Below are positions 36,817 through 50,049 of a DNA stretch of 64,000 nucleotides, one piece after another. Source of the stretch: Epiperipatus broadwayi (Eukaryota; Animalia; Onychophora); contig JAQFVV010000006.1 in assembly GCA_028023455.1 (NCBI GenBank), positions 7,626,001 to 7,690,000 on the forward strand, written 5' to 3'. Position 1 is the first letter of the stretch, and every line of letters starts with the position of its first letter. The notes under the pieces are model-generated. The model ran no database searches and had not been told where the DNA came from. It was given only the letters and a program-made list of their open reading frames with translations. The translations under genes were made by a program, and so were the position numbers.

Positions 36817-38136
36817 GGTTGTTTTCTCTTAGCATGTTGAAACTGCTTGCGGGCATAATTTCTATGCAAATGCACAGAAATATGCCATTTAAATGGCCGT
36901 GCTGCTATATAACATTCTATTCCAATGGTTGTCTGCAGCACCTATTTCTATGCTACAGCACAGAAATAGGACTTTATTCTGATGCAGAAGGATGCTGTCA
37001 TTTACGGTGAACTTTGTGTTACACAGTTTATACAATCCCATTTTAAATTTTGCTATGATATCTATTTGTATGCTACAGCACAGAAATAGGACGTATTATT
37101 CTGCTGTAGTTTATACAAACAATCCCATTATTAACAATTATGGTACAGGTAATTACAGCACAGAAATAGGATGTTTATTATCTGCAGCAGTGGACGTTGC
37201 TACTTATGGTAAACTTTGTGTTATGCAGTTTATACGGACAATCCCATTTTAAATTTCGCTACGGTATTTTGTGAGGGTGTCTGTAATTGAGATTGTCAAG
37301 GGTCTTAAAATTCGCATGCTCAAGTCATTATTTTCCAAATCCAATAATGTAGTATGAGGTAATAAAAATTATGGAAACTTTGCCCTGCTTCTCTAGACAA
37401 GGGTGACACTTTAATCAATTGTCAAATGAAAGGTGTAAGCATGATTTTTACGAAATCACACTAAAATTCCCGTTTGTGTGAGAAAATTTTCCAAATCCAA
37501 TGATGAAGTATGAGGTAATAAAAATTGTGGAAACTTTGCCCCACTTCTCTAGACAAGGGTTACACTTTAATCAATTATCAAATGAAAGTTGTAAGTGTGA
37601 TTTTTATGAAATCACATTCAAATTCGCGTTTGCATGAGATAAATCGTGAGACCAATCAAAAATACCGGTTTTATTTTTGGCCATGATGTTGTTTTGAATA
37701 AATTCTTTCTTTTTATTCTTGTTAAAATTACAACTTATATTTGTGTGGCCAGGTTGTTGTTTTGGGGGAAATTATTTCTTTTCATTCTTGTTAAAATTAA
37801 CAATTTTATTTGCATGGCCACAATATTGTTTTGGAGAAATTATTTATTTTTCTTCATGTTAAAATTTGATTTGCATCGCCACGATATTGTTTTGTTTTTA
37901 TTCTTGTTAAAATTACAAATTTCATTTTAGATAAATAAAAATTTAAAAAAAAAGGTCTATCCAATGTATTTTTTATTTCTTTTAGATAAATTTCATTATT
38001 TATGATTTTATTGTAAATCAAAAAAGCACTTTAAAGTTGAAAAAAAAAGAACAACAGCCTGGTAACATTATAATTCTGTTTGTTTACATAAAAATTATGC
38101 CCTCAAACAGTTTCAACATGCTAAGAGAAAACAACC
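36817..38136. mobile_element. Non-autonomous TIR DNA transposon (1320 bp) filled with internal tandem repeats
   Basis: Perfect outer TIR ggttgttttctcttagcatgttgaaactg / cagtttcaacatgctaagagaaaacaacc, extending imperfectly to ~70 bp. 8-bp flanking duplication ttattttt (low complexity). Confidence 0.8.
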
Positions 38137-38426
38137 TTATTTTTTAGTAGAAAATTAAGCAATTGAATGTTTATGAATGTCAAATAAAAAACACTTACAA
38201 ACAATAACTTTCTTACTGGAAACTGCTTACAATAATAATAAAAATTTTCTTAGTAGAAATTATATTTTATCTTAAATTACATTAAATATCCAGATTCAGC
38301 AGTCAATAATCTTTTTTCATGAAATTCGATAATTTACTTTTGCACATTGTTTTTTTGCGAAGTTGATATTTTATTTCCAGATTACATTCATTTTTTTAAA
38401 TATATATTTTAAATAAAAAATTTCAA

Positions 38427-38547
38427 AAATATAAATATAGATTGAAGATAATCCCCCCCCCCCCCATTAATATGAAAAATGTAGGCAAATTTATAATTTT
38501 ACATATGTTAATGGAAAAAATTGTCTTCAATCTATATTTATATTTTA
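38427..38547. repeat. Short inverted repeat around a poly-C run
   Basis: aaaatataaatatagattgaagataat / attgtcttcaatctatatttatatttt. Confidence 0.75.
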
Positions 38548-40029
38548 AAAAAAGGCACTCGGGTTTAAGTTATATAAAAAAAGAAACCAGTTCATTATAA
38601 TGCATGCAAATTTGACTTACAAAACAAAGGGAAAAATCAATATTACATAAGTATCACAATGCCCCACTGCAGAAGTAAAGAGTAGATTATATTTTTTAAA
38701 ATCAATTACTGCATCATTCTCATATCAAAACAAAAACAAAAATGTTTCTTTCCTCCTAAACAAACTTCCTGCTTTTGCACAAGGCTGATTAACAATGAAA
38801 GGGAGTAAAAATTAATCACCATCTAATATAAGTATTATTTGTCTTTAGGAAAAGTTAACATTATTTAAATACTTCCAAATACATTCAACTGTTAGTAATA
38901 GCACATAGGTTAGTATATGCACAATGTTTTGAGAGAGATATATTAGATGATAGAAATAGTCCAATATATAAATACAACTAAAATACCATCATCAAAAACC
39001 TTCAGTAATATACATGGATACAACTTTTATGACATTGTCATGAAAAAAGCATTTACGAACACTCAATTAGACATTATTTAAATAAAATGTAAAATATTGT
39101 GCATAATGTCAAAATTATGACTTGTAACTGGACAACACAGGATAAATTTCAAGGAAAGTATCTTTATAAGCTGTGCCAAAATTTAATATCAATATTCATA
39201 GATTGGAACAAGTTTAAATCTTATTTATCTTAACCAGATTTCACTTGATTTATTTTACAGAATGACAAAAATAAAAAAAAACATATCAAATATGATGAAT
39301 ATAAGAGAAACCCATGTTTTCATAATTCCTAAAATAATAATAAAAATTCTGATATATAAAATCTTATGTGACAATTGTTATTTATCAATTGACATTAGAT
39401 AGCTATATGTTTAGGACATAACTTGGATTTAGAAATAATATATTATATCCCACATACATTTTAAAAGAAAATATAATTTCTTAATTTATTTTTTTAAATA
39501 ATTACTATTTCCGTTAAAAATAATTATTGAAAAAAAATAGTTTGTAGAGTGTCCAAAAGTATTTAAGAGGCAATGTATTTTGACAGAACTATTAAAATAT
39601 AAATACTCTAAAGATATAGTAATGAAAAGATTCATAACAGATTAATCCCAGGAAGAGTTAGAGTATTAAAAAAAATCAAAAGTTAGATGTACGCATATGC
39701 TTTTGAAAGTGAAAATCAGAATAATTTATATTTTGCAATGTTGGCTTACATTCCATCACCATTTCAGAGTAATATTACTTTAGTAATAGTTACCAATTCA
39801 ATCTGATTTTGTCTACATTAACAGTTTATTTATAAAACTAATAAATGTATGTTTTTGTTTTCATTTTGGTAAATAGATGTCAGGTCTAACCAGGAAATAA
39901 GCAATATTTTGAATGGAGATTATTCATATTCTGCTTGTCAAGAAAAAATAAATAAATTTTATTCTAATTTGAAAGCTTATTTTTACATTGCAAATACATT
40001 TCCAATTATTCAAAAATGTTTTCAATAAT

Positions 40030-40540
40030 AAAAAGAAAACAAATTTAATTTCTATATGTGGTAAAATTTTTGAAAGAATTTAAACATGTGTAAAAAAAAA
40101 AAGTTAATTGGAAAATTCAATTGTAAGTTTTCTTTTTATTTCTCAATATAAATTAAATATGTAATAAATTTAAATTTTATTTATTATACCATTGCATAAT
40201 CTTTCTAAAATATTAATAATAATAATAATAATAATAAAATACTTTTTATATGTAGCAAAGTTTTTTAAGAATTTAAGCAACACCTGTAAAAAAAAAGTTA
40301 ATTGGAGAATTCAATCATAAGTTTTCTTTTTATTTCACAATATAAATTAAATATGTAATAAAAAGAAAATAAATTTAATTTCTATATTTTTTAAGAATTT
40401 AAACAACACCTGTAAAAAAAAAAAGTTAATTGGTGGTTTTAATCATAAGTTTTCTTTTTACTTCTCAATATAAATTAAATGTGTAATAAATTTAAATTTT
40501 ATTTATTATACAATTACATAATCTTTTAACATATTAATCA
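40030..40540 (+). repeat. AT-rich degenerate tandem triplication
   Basis: gtaaaaaaaaaagttaattgg...taagttttcttttta.ttc.caatataaattaaat.tgtaataaa occurs three times. Confidence 0.85.
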
Positions 40541-43500
40541 TTGTTGAGATATTTGAAATTTGATGTAGTATCTTTTCAAATTGAAGGTTACATATATAAA
40601 AATTAAAACTAAGTACCAATTCTTAATTATATTTAGTCTTCAGTGAAGACATTAGAACTAAGGTGTTTTCTTGGCTCTCCATGGTTGTGAAAGTTGGACA
40701 ATAAACAATAGCAATAAGAAAAATATTGCTTGGTTGTTTTTTTTTAACTGTAGTACTACTGCAAGAAAAAGCTTTTGATAACTCTAGGGCAGCAAATAAA
40801 AATAAATCTATGGATGTTTGTATAGATTAGACACAAACTCTCAGTGGGAAAAAAAGTCAGATTGAAATTGTCCCCTTTCGTTAATATCCTGAAAGAATTT
40901 AACTCATTAGATAAAGTGTTATTAGGACAAAGTCTGAGGTGGATGTGTTCCACATCATTAAAATAATAAATGAGCCTTAGAACGGTCTAAAAAATTAAAA
41001 CTATTCAAACAAATTAATATTGTATGACTGGAGAGAAAGAATTTTTCCCATCTCCAACATGGCGTCCATCTTTCTAGCAAAGAATGGGAAGAGCTTATAA
41101 TTGTGTAAAGAAAAAAGTCTCTAAAATATATAGAAACTGACTTGGTGTCAGATTTACATAATTATACAACGAATTGAGTTCAAAATCTTAGGGTTGTTGT
41201 TTTTTTTTTTAATTTCAGAACATTAACTATTGAGACAATTTCTTTGCAATATGTTTTGACTAACACATTATAAATTTAAAATATGAAAACTAAATATGTC
41301 TACTAATGTCAATAACTTCTTGGTTTTTATTAATTATCTTTTACATCAAATATCTATTGTTAAAATGGATATATTAAAAACGCTGCCTACATAACATCGA
41401 CATGGGGGAATGCTTCTAAAAAGTGTATTATATTTTTAAATAAATAAATCAAAATAATAATTTTATTTGTTTTAAATATTTCAGTTAAATTTGAAACTCT
41501 TTGCAACCAATGGGGTGACTTTAAAAAATGTGAATGTAGATTTTGTTAAGATTCTTTGCATATAACTTTAAAGTGGTGGTCGCAAATCTGAGTTCGGTTG
41601 ATACTTAATGATGCTATTAGATAATATTTACGGTTCTGCAACAGATACATAAATCACGACAACTTGAATCATTTGCAAAGAAGAAAATCAAACTTGTTAA
41701 AGGAACTGCAATATTTCGCGGCCACAAAGAGTGAATTTCTATAGACGGCTGTTTTCAGAAGAAGAAAAAAGTGTCTTGATTATTAATCAAAAGGAAGCAA
41801 CATTAGCTACAATGTCATTGACCTTAAAGTAATTTGTAACTTGTATGATATCAGATCATTTGTCCAATATCAGTATATTTAAAGAAGCTATTTATCTTCA
41901 ATGGGGGGGGGGGGGGCGATCGATAAAATTAGAAAAAAAAATTTTTTGATTGGTAGAATTTTAAAAAAAAAAAAAGTGAACAGAAGTTAAAGATTTATTT
42001 TACAACTAAAAAAAAAATAAAACATTAATTTAAAATTAGATTTAAAACAACAACAACAAAAAAAAACTTTGCAAGTAACCATGAATAAATAAAAGCAGCA
42101 ATTTTTTTTCTACAGCTGTTACTTTAAAAAAAAATCAACATTTACACTATACCAAACAAAACGTCAATAATGTTGAAAGTCGAGTTCTATACTTTAAAAG
42201 TTAAGTGATTGAGTTACAGATAATAGATATGTACTTACTAAAGTGTATTAACAATTCCCTCTTAGCATAATGGCAAGCGTACCTGCGTCTCATGTTTTTA
42301 CCTGAGTTTCATATCCATGATAAATAAAGCTTTAATTTATTTCTTATGGAAGCTTAAACATTTTTCTTTCAGGTAGTCAATCCATAATCGATCCAACTAT
42401 TTATCTGACATTGGTAGTCACGTATGTATGTACTCAGCTATTCTTAATCTCTTGCTCAGTAGGAGCTACAAGGTCTTTGATTTTGGTGCATTACTTTGGC
42501 TATTGCTTCGCCTTTCCTTCACTATTTTGTGATTATCTATAATCTTAGTCCACAACTATACACTTTTTTTTTTCTTATATAGAAATCACTTGCAAAACTA
42601 TTACTAAGGCAGTCTTTGTTGTTTGACCAAATACCTGCATTATGTGATTGTTTTAAAAGAATAAATATTATATGCAAGTATTTATAAGAGGATAGAGGTG
42701 GGTTCTGTTATTCTAACTTCCCTCTGGACACTTTATTGCATTACATTTCTATTTATATAATTCTTCATTTTGAGAACCGATGGCATCTAAGTATCAGACT
42801 TAGATCCTCTATGGTGCATTAATTTTTATTGATTAATAAGGTAATCGTTTTTATTTGATCAAATACCTACCACATGTGATTTTTCTTAAAGAATAATTTA
42901 TCTACTATTAATATTGTATGCAAGTTTTTTATAAAGAGTTGATATGGTTTCTCTTATAAACTGTCGCTTCTGTTTTCTCTCTGAGAACCTTTTTTTCATT
43001 ATGTTTTCCTCCACTGATCCAAATATTATGAATATTTATATAATTTGTCGTAATGATAATCCATGGATCATAATCCAGTCTTATCATTTCTGTTATCCAA
43101 ACATCTGATGAATTATCAAGCAATAATTCATTCAATAATCTCTTTTATCATAAGCATCATATCCTATTAGTTGCCTCTTTAGTACAATTGTTATAACGGG
43201 ATTATGTGTTTATGAAATCATATTTCCATATTCATTTACATTCACAGGCAATCTGACACCAATATTTTTTCCTATATGTAGTATATAATAAGTAATAATA
43301 ATAAACAGCAACTCAGACATGAGATAATTCAACACCATGTTTAACAGTAGTTCTCTAACATATTCTATTCTTTGCCATTGCTTTTTGACTTGGTCGTATT
43401 TTTATATTGGACTATTTCCATCATTTAATATGTGTATTGAATGTCTTTAGAAAAAGTTAACTTTATTTAAATATTCCATATACATTCAACTGTTAGTAAT

Positions 43501-43554
43501 AACACATCAAACAGGTTAGTATATGCACAACATTTTGAGAGGTATTATTCTCCC

Positions 43555-43678
43555 CTCTTCTTCAGGTGTTGCTGGCCTGACCAGTGACAGTACTCACATG
43601 GGATTCAAACCTAGATCCTTAGATTCTCGAGTATTGAATTTTTAAGATATCCCTTTAACCAACTGAGCCACCCTGCAC
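43555..43678 (-). mobile_element. tRNA-derived SINE (family S2)
   Basis: Minus strand reads GGGTGGCTCAGTTGGTTAAAG (A box) ... AGGTTTGAATCCCA (B box), then a non-tRNA tail. Confidence 0.7.
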
Positions 43679-43749
43679 TTCTTAGAATGTCTATTACAAA
43701 AACCTACATTCAAGTTGACTGTAAAACATTCTTTTAGGAAGTTTTGCAT

Positions 43750-45060
43750 TGTTTTGCTTTACATGTCAGATCCTATGAAAGATGTCCTTTTACAACCCAT
43801 CCAGTAAGCTGAAACACATATTGATTGGTTTTCAGATCTTGCCATTGTATTTTTAATATTTTACCCAGTATGCTTAAATGACACTTTTCTAATTCATTTA
43901 TATTGCAGTGATAGGGTGTTCAAGTTTCACAACCATTAAATAAATTAAGATAAAAGAGCAGCTCTACCTACAGCAAACTGAATTGCAATACTTATTTCCC
44001 TATGATAAAGAATTCTCTCAATTTCTTAAAAGCAGCAGTAGTACTCAGAAATCTGTATTGGATCTCAAAACTTTAGTCCGCCTTTTGACTTATAAAACTA
44101 CCAAGAATTATGATTTATTCTTTCAAGTTGATAACCATCCAAGCTAAAAGTTATTGAGAATTTTTCTTCCATCACTCGCTGATATGAATTTTTTGAACTT
44201 TAATAAATAAACCAAGATCTTTATAAGTAACATTCAAGACATTAAAAAACATTTTGTAGATCACCTTTTGAATTGTCAAAATGAGATCATTTTTAATTGA
44301 TTTAAATTACAACTTCCACCATCAAATCTGTACCATATCTTGATTGCTCGTTTGATTACGCTTCATATTAACCATTCCAAAAACCAATGTCATAGAAATT
44401 AAAAGCAATGTTGGAGCTAGAGCAAGTACAGATCCTTGTTTAACACCAGTTTTCAATTCAGACACTTTAGATTTTACATACCATCTCATAGATGCTGTAC
44501 AATGCACATAAATTTTGGTGATCAATCAATTAATTTCAAGCAATGTCATAGATCTGTGTGATTAACTGAATCAAATGCCTTGACTAAATCAATAAAACAG
44601 TATGTAAATTATCTCTCATCTCATCATGCAAAAGCTGTGTAATATGAATAAATTTTGGTGGACAATCAATTAATTTCAAACAATGCTATAGACCTGTGTC
44701 CTACTGATTGAATCAAATGCCTTGACTAAATCAATAAAAGAAATATATAAATCACTCCTTTGTTCCTACCACTCTTTTTTTGCATTTGACTGGTAACAAA
44801 AATCATATCCATAATATTTCTTGATTTCCTAATCCCACACTGCATATCTGGTATCATTCATCTGTAACAGAAAACAATGTATTCAATAAAATCCTTGAAA
44901 GTACTTTTGCGGTAGTGGATTCTAATCTTGTCTATTCCCTAATTTATTGAAAACTGCAACAATTAAACCATCTTTAAGAGTAAGAAGGCAGAAATGCATG
45001 GGTCCAGATATTCCTAATAGAAAATTTCAATATTTTTGAAGTTAACATATCATTATCCAT
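43750..45060 (-). mobile_element. Decayed RTE family C LINE with an internal 140-bp tandem duplication (44508 / 44648)
   Basis: DLVKAFDSVN and GVKQGSVLA.APTL motifs. Collinear with 4350-5700. Confidence 0.8.
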
Positions 45061-46388
45061 GAAGTTTGAATTCTACAACCTACTATTCTACTACTATAGA
45101 ATTTGTCAACAACAGTGACAATTAATGATAGCTATATATATATACATACTAAAAGTAATTGTGGTAAATAAATAAGATTTTCATTTTAAAAATAAATTTA
45201 CGTGAGATGGTTTTATATCAATCCAATATCAGTAAGCCTTTTTCTTTTTATTTATTTATTAATTTTTTTGGTAAGCCCGGTAACCTTTATTCCAAATAGA
45301 CAGATGCAGATATTACGCCAGCAAATTGACTGCCAAGATGCCAAGCTATTATAATTTATGTAAATCATAGCCATTGTTTTGATAATTCTATTAATACAAT
45401 AACTCAAAATGTTTACTATCGTACCATGCGTGTTTATATGCAGAGAATCTTAATTACAGTTCATTTCCAAGAGTAAATCATGCCAAATGGAACTTCATTT
45501 ACATAAAGAACTATAAACAATTCATCATGTTTATTCCCTTATTTATTTCATTTCGTAAATATTTACTATTTAAACATATTCACTATTTAAACATTAATTA
45601 CTACTACTCATAAAAATTAAAAAAAAAGAAAAAAGGATAATATTTAAATTGAGCCCACGTTAAAGACTATAGCGAAATGAATAAGAAATCAAATTACAAT
45701 AGTGCGTTATATAATATTATGGGGCGGGGGGCAATTGATGTAGTAATAAAAACCAAGAATTGAATGGTTAAGTTGCTTGAGAATTTATAAAAAATCTAAA
45801 GGCAGGGAATGTCAAAGCTAAATCCAATCCATGGAGTTTAAGATTCAGTACATCACTTTACCACCGCACTAAACTACAGTAACATGTAATAATAACAAAC
45901 TACTTAAAAAGTTATTAATTAAAAAAATTCACAGACAAGGAAAAGGCAATTGGATAGCATATACGTATAATCTAAAGGACTGGGAAGACTCAAAAATATA
46001 TAACCCAATTATTGCTTGATAAAATAAATTCAAACTACAAGAATGTAAGGAGAGTAATATTCTGCCAATGGTAAAGTATGGGGTTAATGTCTGTTGGAGC
46101 ATATAATTTCACTCACCAACGGTAAAGACTATACCATATTATAATTGTATCTTTTTTGTTTTCACAGGCAGTGCATTATCACTCATCTACCAACTCTTGG
46201 TGCGCTAAGTAATAATACGTAACACCAGTTTTACTAACCGATATTAGATTATTAATTGAAATGGCCATGCTCCTACAATCTGGAAAAATAAATCATAGAC
46301 CCACTTGAAGAAAAGCCTTAAAGACATACCTAATCAAGACTAATAATTTGTAATAGTCATGCATTAGACTAGATATTATCCATTTAAT

Positions 46389-47257
46389 GGATAATATTTC
46401 TGTAATATAATTTCCACTATACGACTCTGGTTGCAAAATAGTGACTGGTTTCTATCCACCTATGACACCTTATGGAAGGATATAGATCGTAAACATGTGA
46501 CCAAGGACATGTGAAAAGATGTATTATCCCCAAGATGAACACTTCATGCTGACTCTACCACTATCAGTTGACCCAAATTACAATCTCTTACACATATCCT
46601 TATCATTGTACAGTACATACAGATATCCAATTACTGCAGTTAAACTGAAGTGTCAAACTTGCTGTCCTCACACCTGTGACATAAACCAGTTAATGGAAGT
46701 ATATTTATAATGTTTATCAGTCATTCATTAGACTGGAGAGTGCTGATTCAGCACAAAATGTGCATCTTGGGAATCATACATCTTTTGCACATGTCTTCGG
46801 TCATGTGTTTGTGATTGTAATCCTCCACAAGCTGTTAAAAATGGATAGAGTCTCCTACCTTCCTTAGGAGTGATGTAGTGAAAATAACCCTATGGAAATA
46901 TTATTCAATAAATGGATAATCTATAGTCTAATGAACGATATATACTTCTCTCAGCTGGTTTGTGTCAAAATTGGGAAGGCAGCAAATATGACCCTCATCA
47001 ATTAAACTGTAGTAATTCCCTATTTATATATACTGAACAATGATAAAGATATATGTAAGAAATTGTGATCTGGGCCAACTGATGAGCACTGGTTCAGCAT
47101 GAAATGTGCATCTTGGGAAGCATACACCTTTTCCACACATCTATGGTCATATGTTTATAATTATATCCTACCATAAAATTTTAAAAGTGGATAGAAATCA
47201 GTCCCTAATTTGCATGAGAGGGGTGTAGAAAAAAATTATACTACAGAAATATTATTC
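46389..47257. mobile_element. Hammerhead repeat family W, locus B: full inverted unit (46389-46735) plus two head-to-tail units (~348-bp period)
   Basis: Both outer ends read ...gtag..aaattat..tacagaaatattat outward. Hammerhead motifs at ~46525-46575 (-), 46738-46778 (+, truncated) and 47075-47116 (+). Confidence 0.85.
47075..47116 (+). ncRNA. Type I minimal hammerhead motif (W), core boxes intact, stem II weakened
   Basis: CCAA-CTGATGA-gcaCTG gtt CAGcat-GAAA-TGTGCA-TC-TTGG, with an AUC cleavage triplet. Confidence 0.65.
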
Positions 47258-48257
47258 ATATTTTCTCTTCCTAGATAACTGACATCACAGAAAGGTGCAT
47301 TAAACACTGCTCTGAAAATCTAATTCTCATTCTATTACAACAATAAAAATCTTGATTAATAAGCACACTTCATAATAATTAGATTAAAAATATTTTACAA
47401 TAAATACTTTAACATACTGTGTATTAATTAAACGCCCCCCCCAAAAAAAAATTACTTTCTTCACAACAATTGGGGTTTTTATATTTAATTTAAAATACAT
47501 GTGGTGTGTCCAGAAATTAATTAATTTAATCCCTTGTTGTAAACATATGTGAATAAATTAACCGTTTTGGAATTATTACTGGGCAGTTGCTTTATTGTAT
47601 TCTCAATCTCATTTTGTTCACACCATACTCTTACATTTTGATCTTTGCATCCACAATATTCAGTAGTATTTAATGTAAGCTTAAGTTCTTTGAAGCATGG
47701 TATAGTATTCAGATACTAATTTATGAAATTTGATGTGGTGGCAATTTTAATTAATGGATATTTGATTTTTCCTGGACTCTCCCTGGTTTTCCTTTTATAT
47801 ATTGGAAGAGAACAAATGCAAACATAGTTATTATTCCTTTTTCATCAGCACTGTTTTTATTCACCATGACAAATAAGTTATATAATAATTATTTATGATT
47901 TTTTTTTTAAAAAAAAAATCAATAAAAAGAAGCTTCTCTTTATATTGTAGATTTTGATAATTAAAAAAAAAAAACACATTTTCCTACTGCAGATTTTGAA
48001 AGACCTGATATCTAACTTGCTAGAAAATGGTAGAATTCAAATGTTTTTGCTCTTATATCTATTATATTTTTTATATAAAATTGTAATGTGTATACAATAT
48101 CATTCAAATCTTTTGATTTATGTAAATTTTTATAATAGTGCATTTCAATAAATGATACTCCCCCCCCCGTTTTTCTACAGTAGATTTTGAAAACACATGA
48201 TCTTTCTTATAAATATCACATGACCATCACTTCTTATGCTTGCTTATAACTGTTTTA

Positions 48258-48580
48258 AAACAGGCAAAACTCACTATGCATATTGCAACACACAGCAAGC
48301 TAGAGTAATCAATGGATGCCAGAAGGCTTGTGCATAAAATCCCCATCTAGTGCCTACTCAACCAACATCTCCAGACTAGTTTCTGGCTTGTGGCCTTTGG
48401 TCAGGTGAAGTGCTCTTAGACCCAAAGCTCCTCACTGACAAAGGCCACAAGCCAGAAACTAGTCTGGAGATGTTGGTTGAGTAGGCACTAGATGGGGATT
48501 TTATGCACAAGCCTTCTGGCATCCATTGATTACTCTAGCTTGCTGTGTGTGACAATACGTATAGTGAGTTTTGCCTGTTT
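48258..48580. mobile_element. Family Y palindrome with a 112-bp perfect inner stem (48288-48399 / 48439-48550)
   Basis: Base-by-base complementarity; four mismatches, all in the outer ~30 bp. Confidence 0.95.
48430..48469 (+). ncRNA. Type I minimal hammerhead motif (Y), G8 mutated
   Basis: CCTCA-CTGACAA-aGGC cacaa GCCa-GAAA-CTAG-TC-TGGAG. Stem III is the palindrome ACTAGT; GUC triplet. Confidence 0.6.
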
Positions 48581-49270
48581 CTTACAAATATTTACACTTT
48601 GACATATATATAATACAAAATAAGATAAAAAAGCACAATTTTGATTATATAAAAAAAATATTAAACAGTTGTGGGGTTTAACTAATTTCCGAATACCCTA
48701 TGCTTTTATTTTAAGTCCTATGGAATTCCAATTGTGGATGAATACAACAACCACAATTTTTATATACATTATTTTTAAATTTTTCATGTTCAGATATGTT
48801 TTGTAATTATTTCTATTTAAAATGGGGAATGAAAAGAATGCTGTACTTTATATAATATTTAAAAGAAATTTCATAATGAATTAAAAATAGATTCCAAAAT
48901 TATTTTATATGTGAAAAAAAGATATTTTTTAAAAAACTTTTACAATCAGGAGAAATTAAGATTTGTTTTTATTTCTATTTAAATTTACTATTTAATTTTT
49001 TTAATATATATATATATCACTCTCTTCTGTGTATAAGGAAAAACATACTGAACCAGTATTAATACATTTGAAATTAGGTGGGCCAATACAGTTTCAGTAA
49101 ACAACCTAGAGAACAAGCATAAAATATTTCACTATTACATAGCATTGTCATTGATTTATAATATATGTATAAAATTTGAACGAAATCTATTTGATATGAA
49201 GTATATTAAAACTTGATTACAAAATTTATCTTAAACAAACAATAAAACATATTTCTAAGTTAAATAAAAG

Positions 49271-49591
49271 CAAGGCAAAACTCTCCATACAGTAGTGCCA
49301 CCCTGTGCCAACCAGAGTAATCAATGGATGCCAGAAGGCTTGTGCATAAAATCCCTGTCTAGTGCCTACTCATCTAGACTAGTTTCTGGCTTGTGGCCTT
49401 CATCAGTGAGGAGCCTTGGATCTAAGAGCACTGCACCTAGATCTTAGGATCTAATGCAACAAGCCAGAAACTAGTCTGGGGATATTGGATGAGTAGGCAC
49501 TAGATAGGGATTTTATGCATAAGCTTTCTGGCATCCATTGATTACTCTGGTTGGCACAGGGTGGCACTACTGTATGGAGAGTTTTGCCTTG
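49271..49591. mobile_element. Family Y palindrome: 104-bp outer arms with 3 mismatches
   Basis: 49271-49374 pairs with 49488-49591. The internal spacer is in the opposite orientation to that of the 48258 copy. Confidence 0.95.
49371..49411 (-). ncRNA. Type I minimal hammerhead motif (Y), core intact, 3' strand of stem I deleted
   Basis: Minus strand reads CCTCA-CTGATGA-aGGC cacaa GCCa-GAAA-CTAG-TC-taga. Confidence 0.6.
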
Positions 49592-50049
49592 TTTATTAAC
49601 AATTATGTGCTAGTATAAGAGATAGTGATCATGTGATTAAATAAAAGCATTTAAAGATTTACCTCTTCTAATGCTACAACTGGTTTCTTATGAAGTACCA
49701 TGAAGGCAATGCTATGCTATGGGTTTAAATGGCTTTTCCCTGACCTTCTTTACTACTAGTGCTAAACTTTGAATTAATGTAATTACAAAAGTATACACTT
49801 TAACTCAGGCTAATGTAATCAAAAATATATGAAAATCATATAGAGAAAAGCATAAGGTCTTTTTATTTTTATTACTTAAATAGTATGTGCTTAGCTGACT
49901 TTCAACTACTACAAGTCACAGACATAGCATGCATTGGAAAAAGGGAATGGACATATATATATTTGCTTCTATTGCTAATTTAGATAAAATTTAACTATGA
50001 ACACTAATTAGGGAGAATATGCACTTTTTTAAGGGGGGCACTTCTGATT

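Noticed and set aside
6706-37930. CRISPR-like interpretation of the short tandem arrays
   Set aside because: The units are contiguous repeats without unique spacers, the context is eukaryotic, and there are no cas genes.
38611-38660. Minus-strand exon-like segment with good splice sites
   Set aside because: The only open frame does not resemble the expected BLTP2 segment; probably a pseudo-exon.
13290-45880. tRNA-like A/B-box stretches (13290-13350, 17900-18005, 45810-45880) as real tRNA genes
   Set aside because: No complete cloverleaf could be folded; they are better explained as decayed SINE heads.
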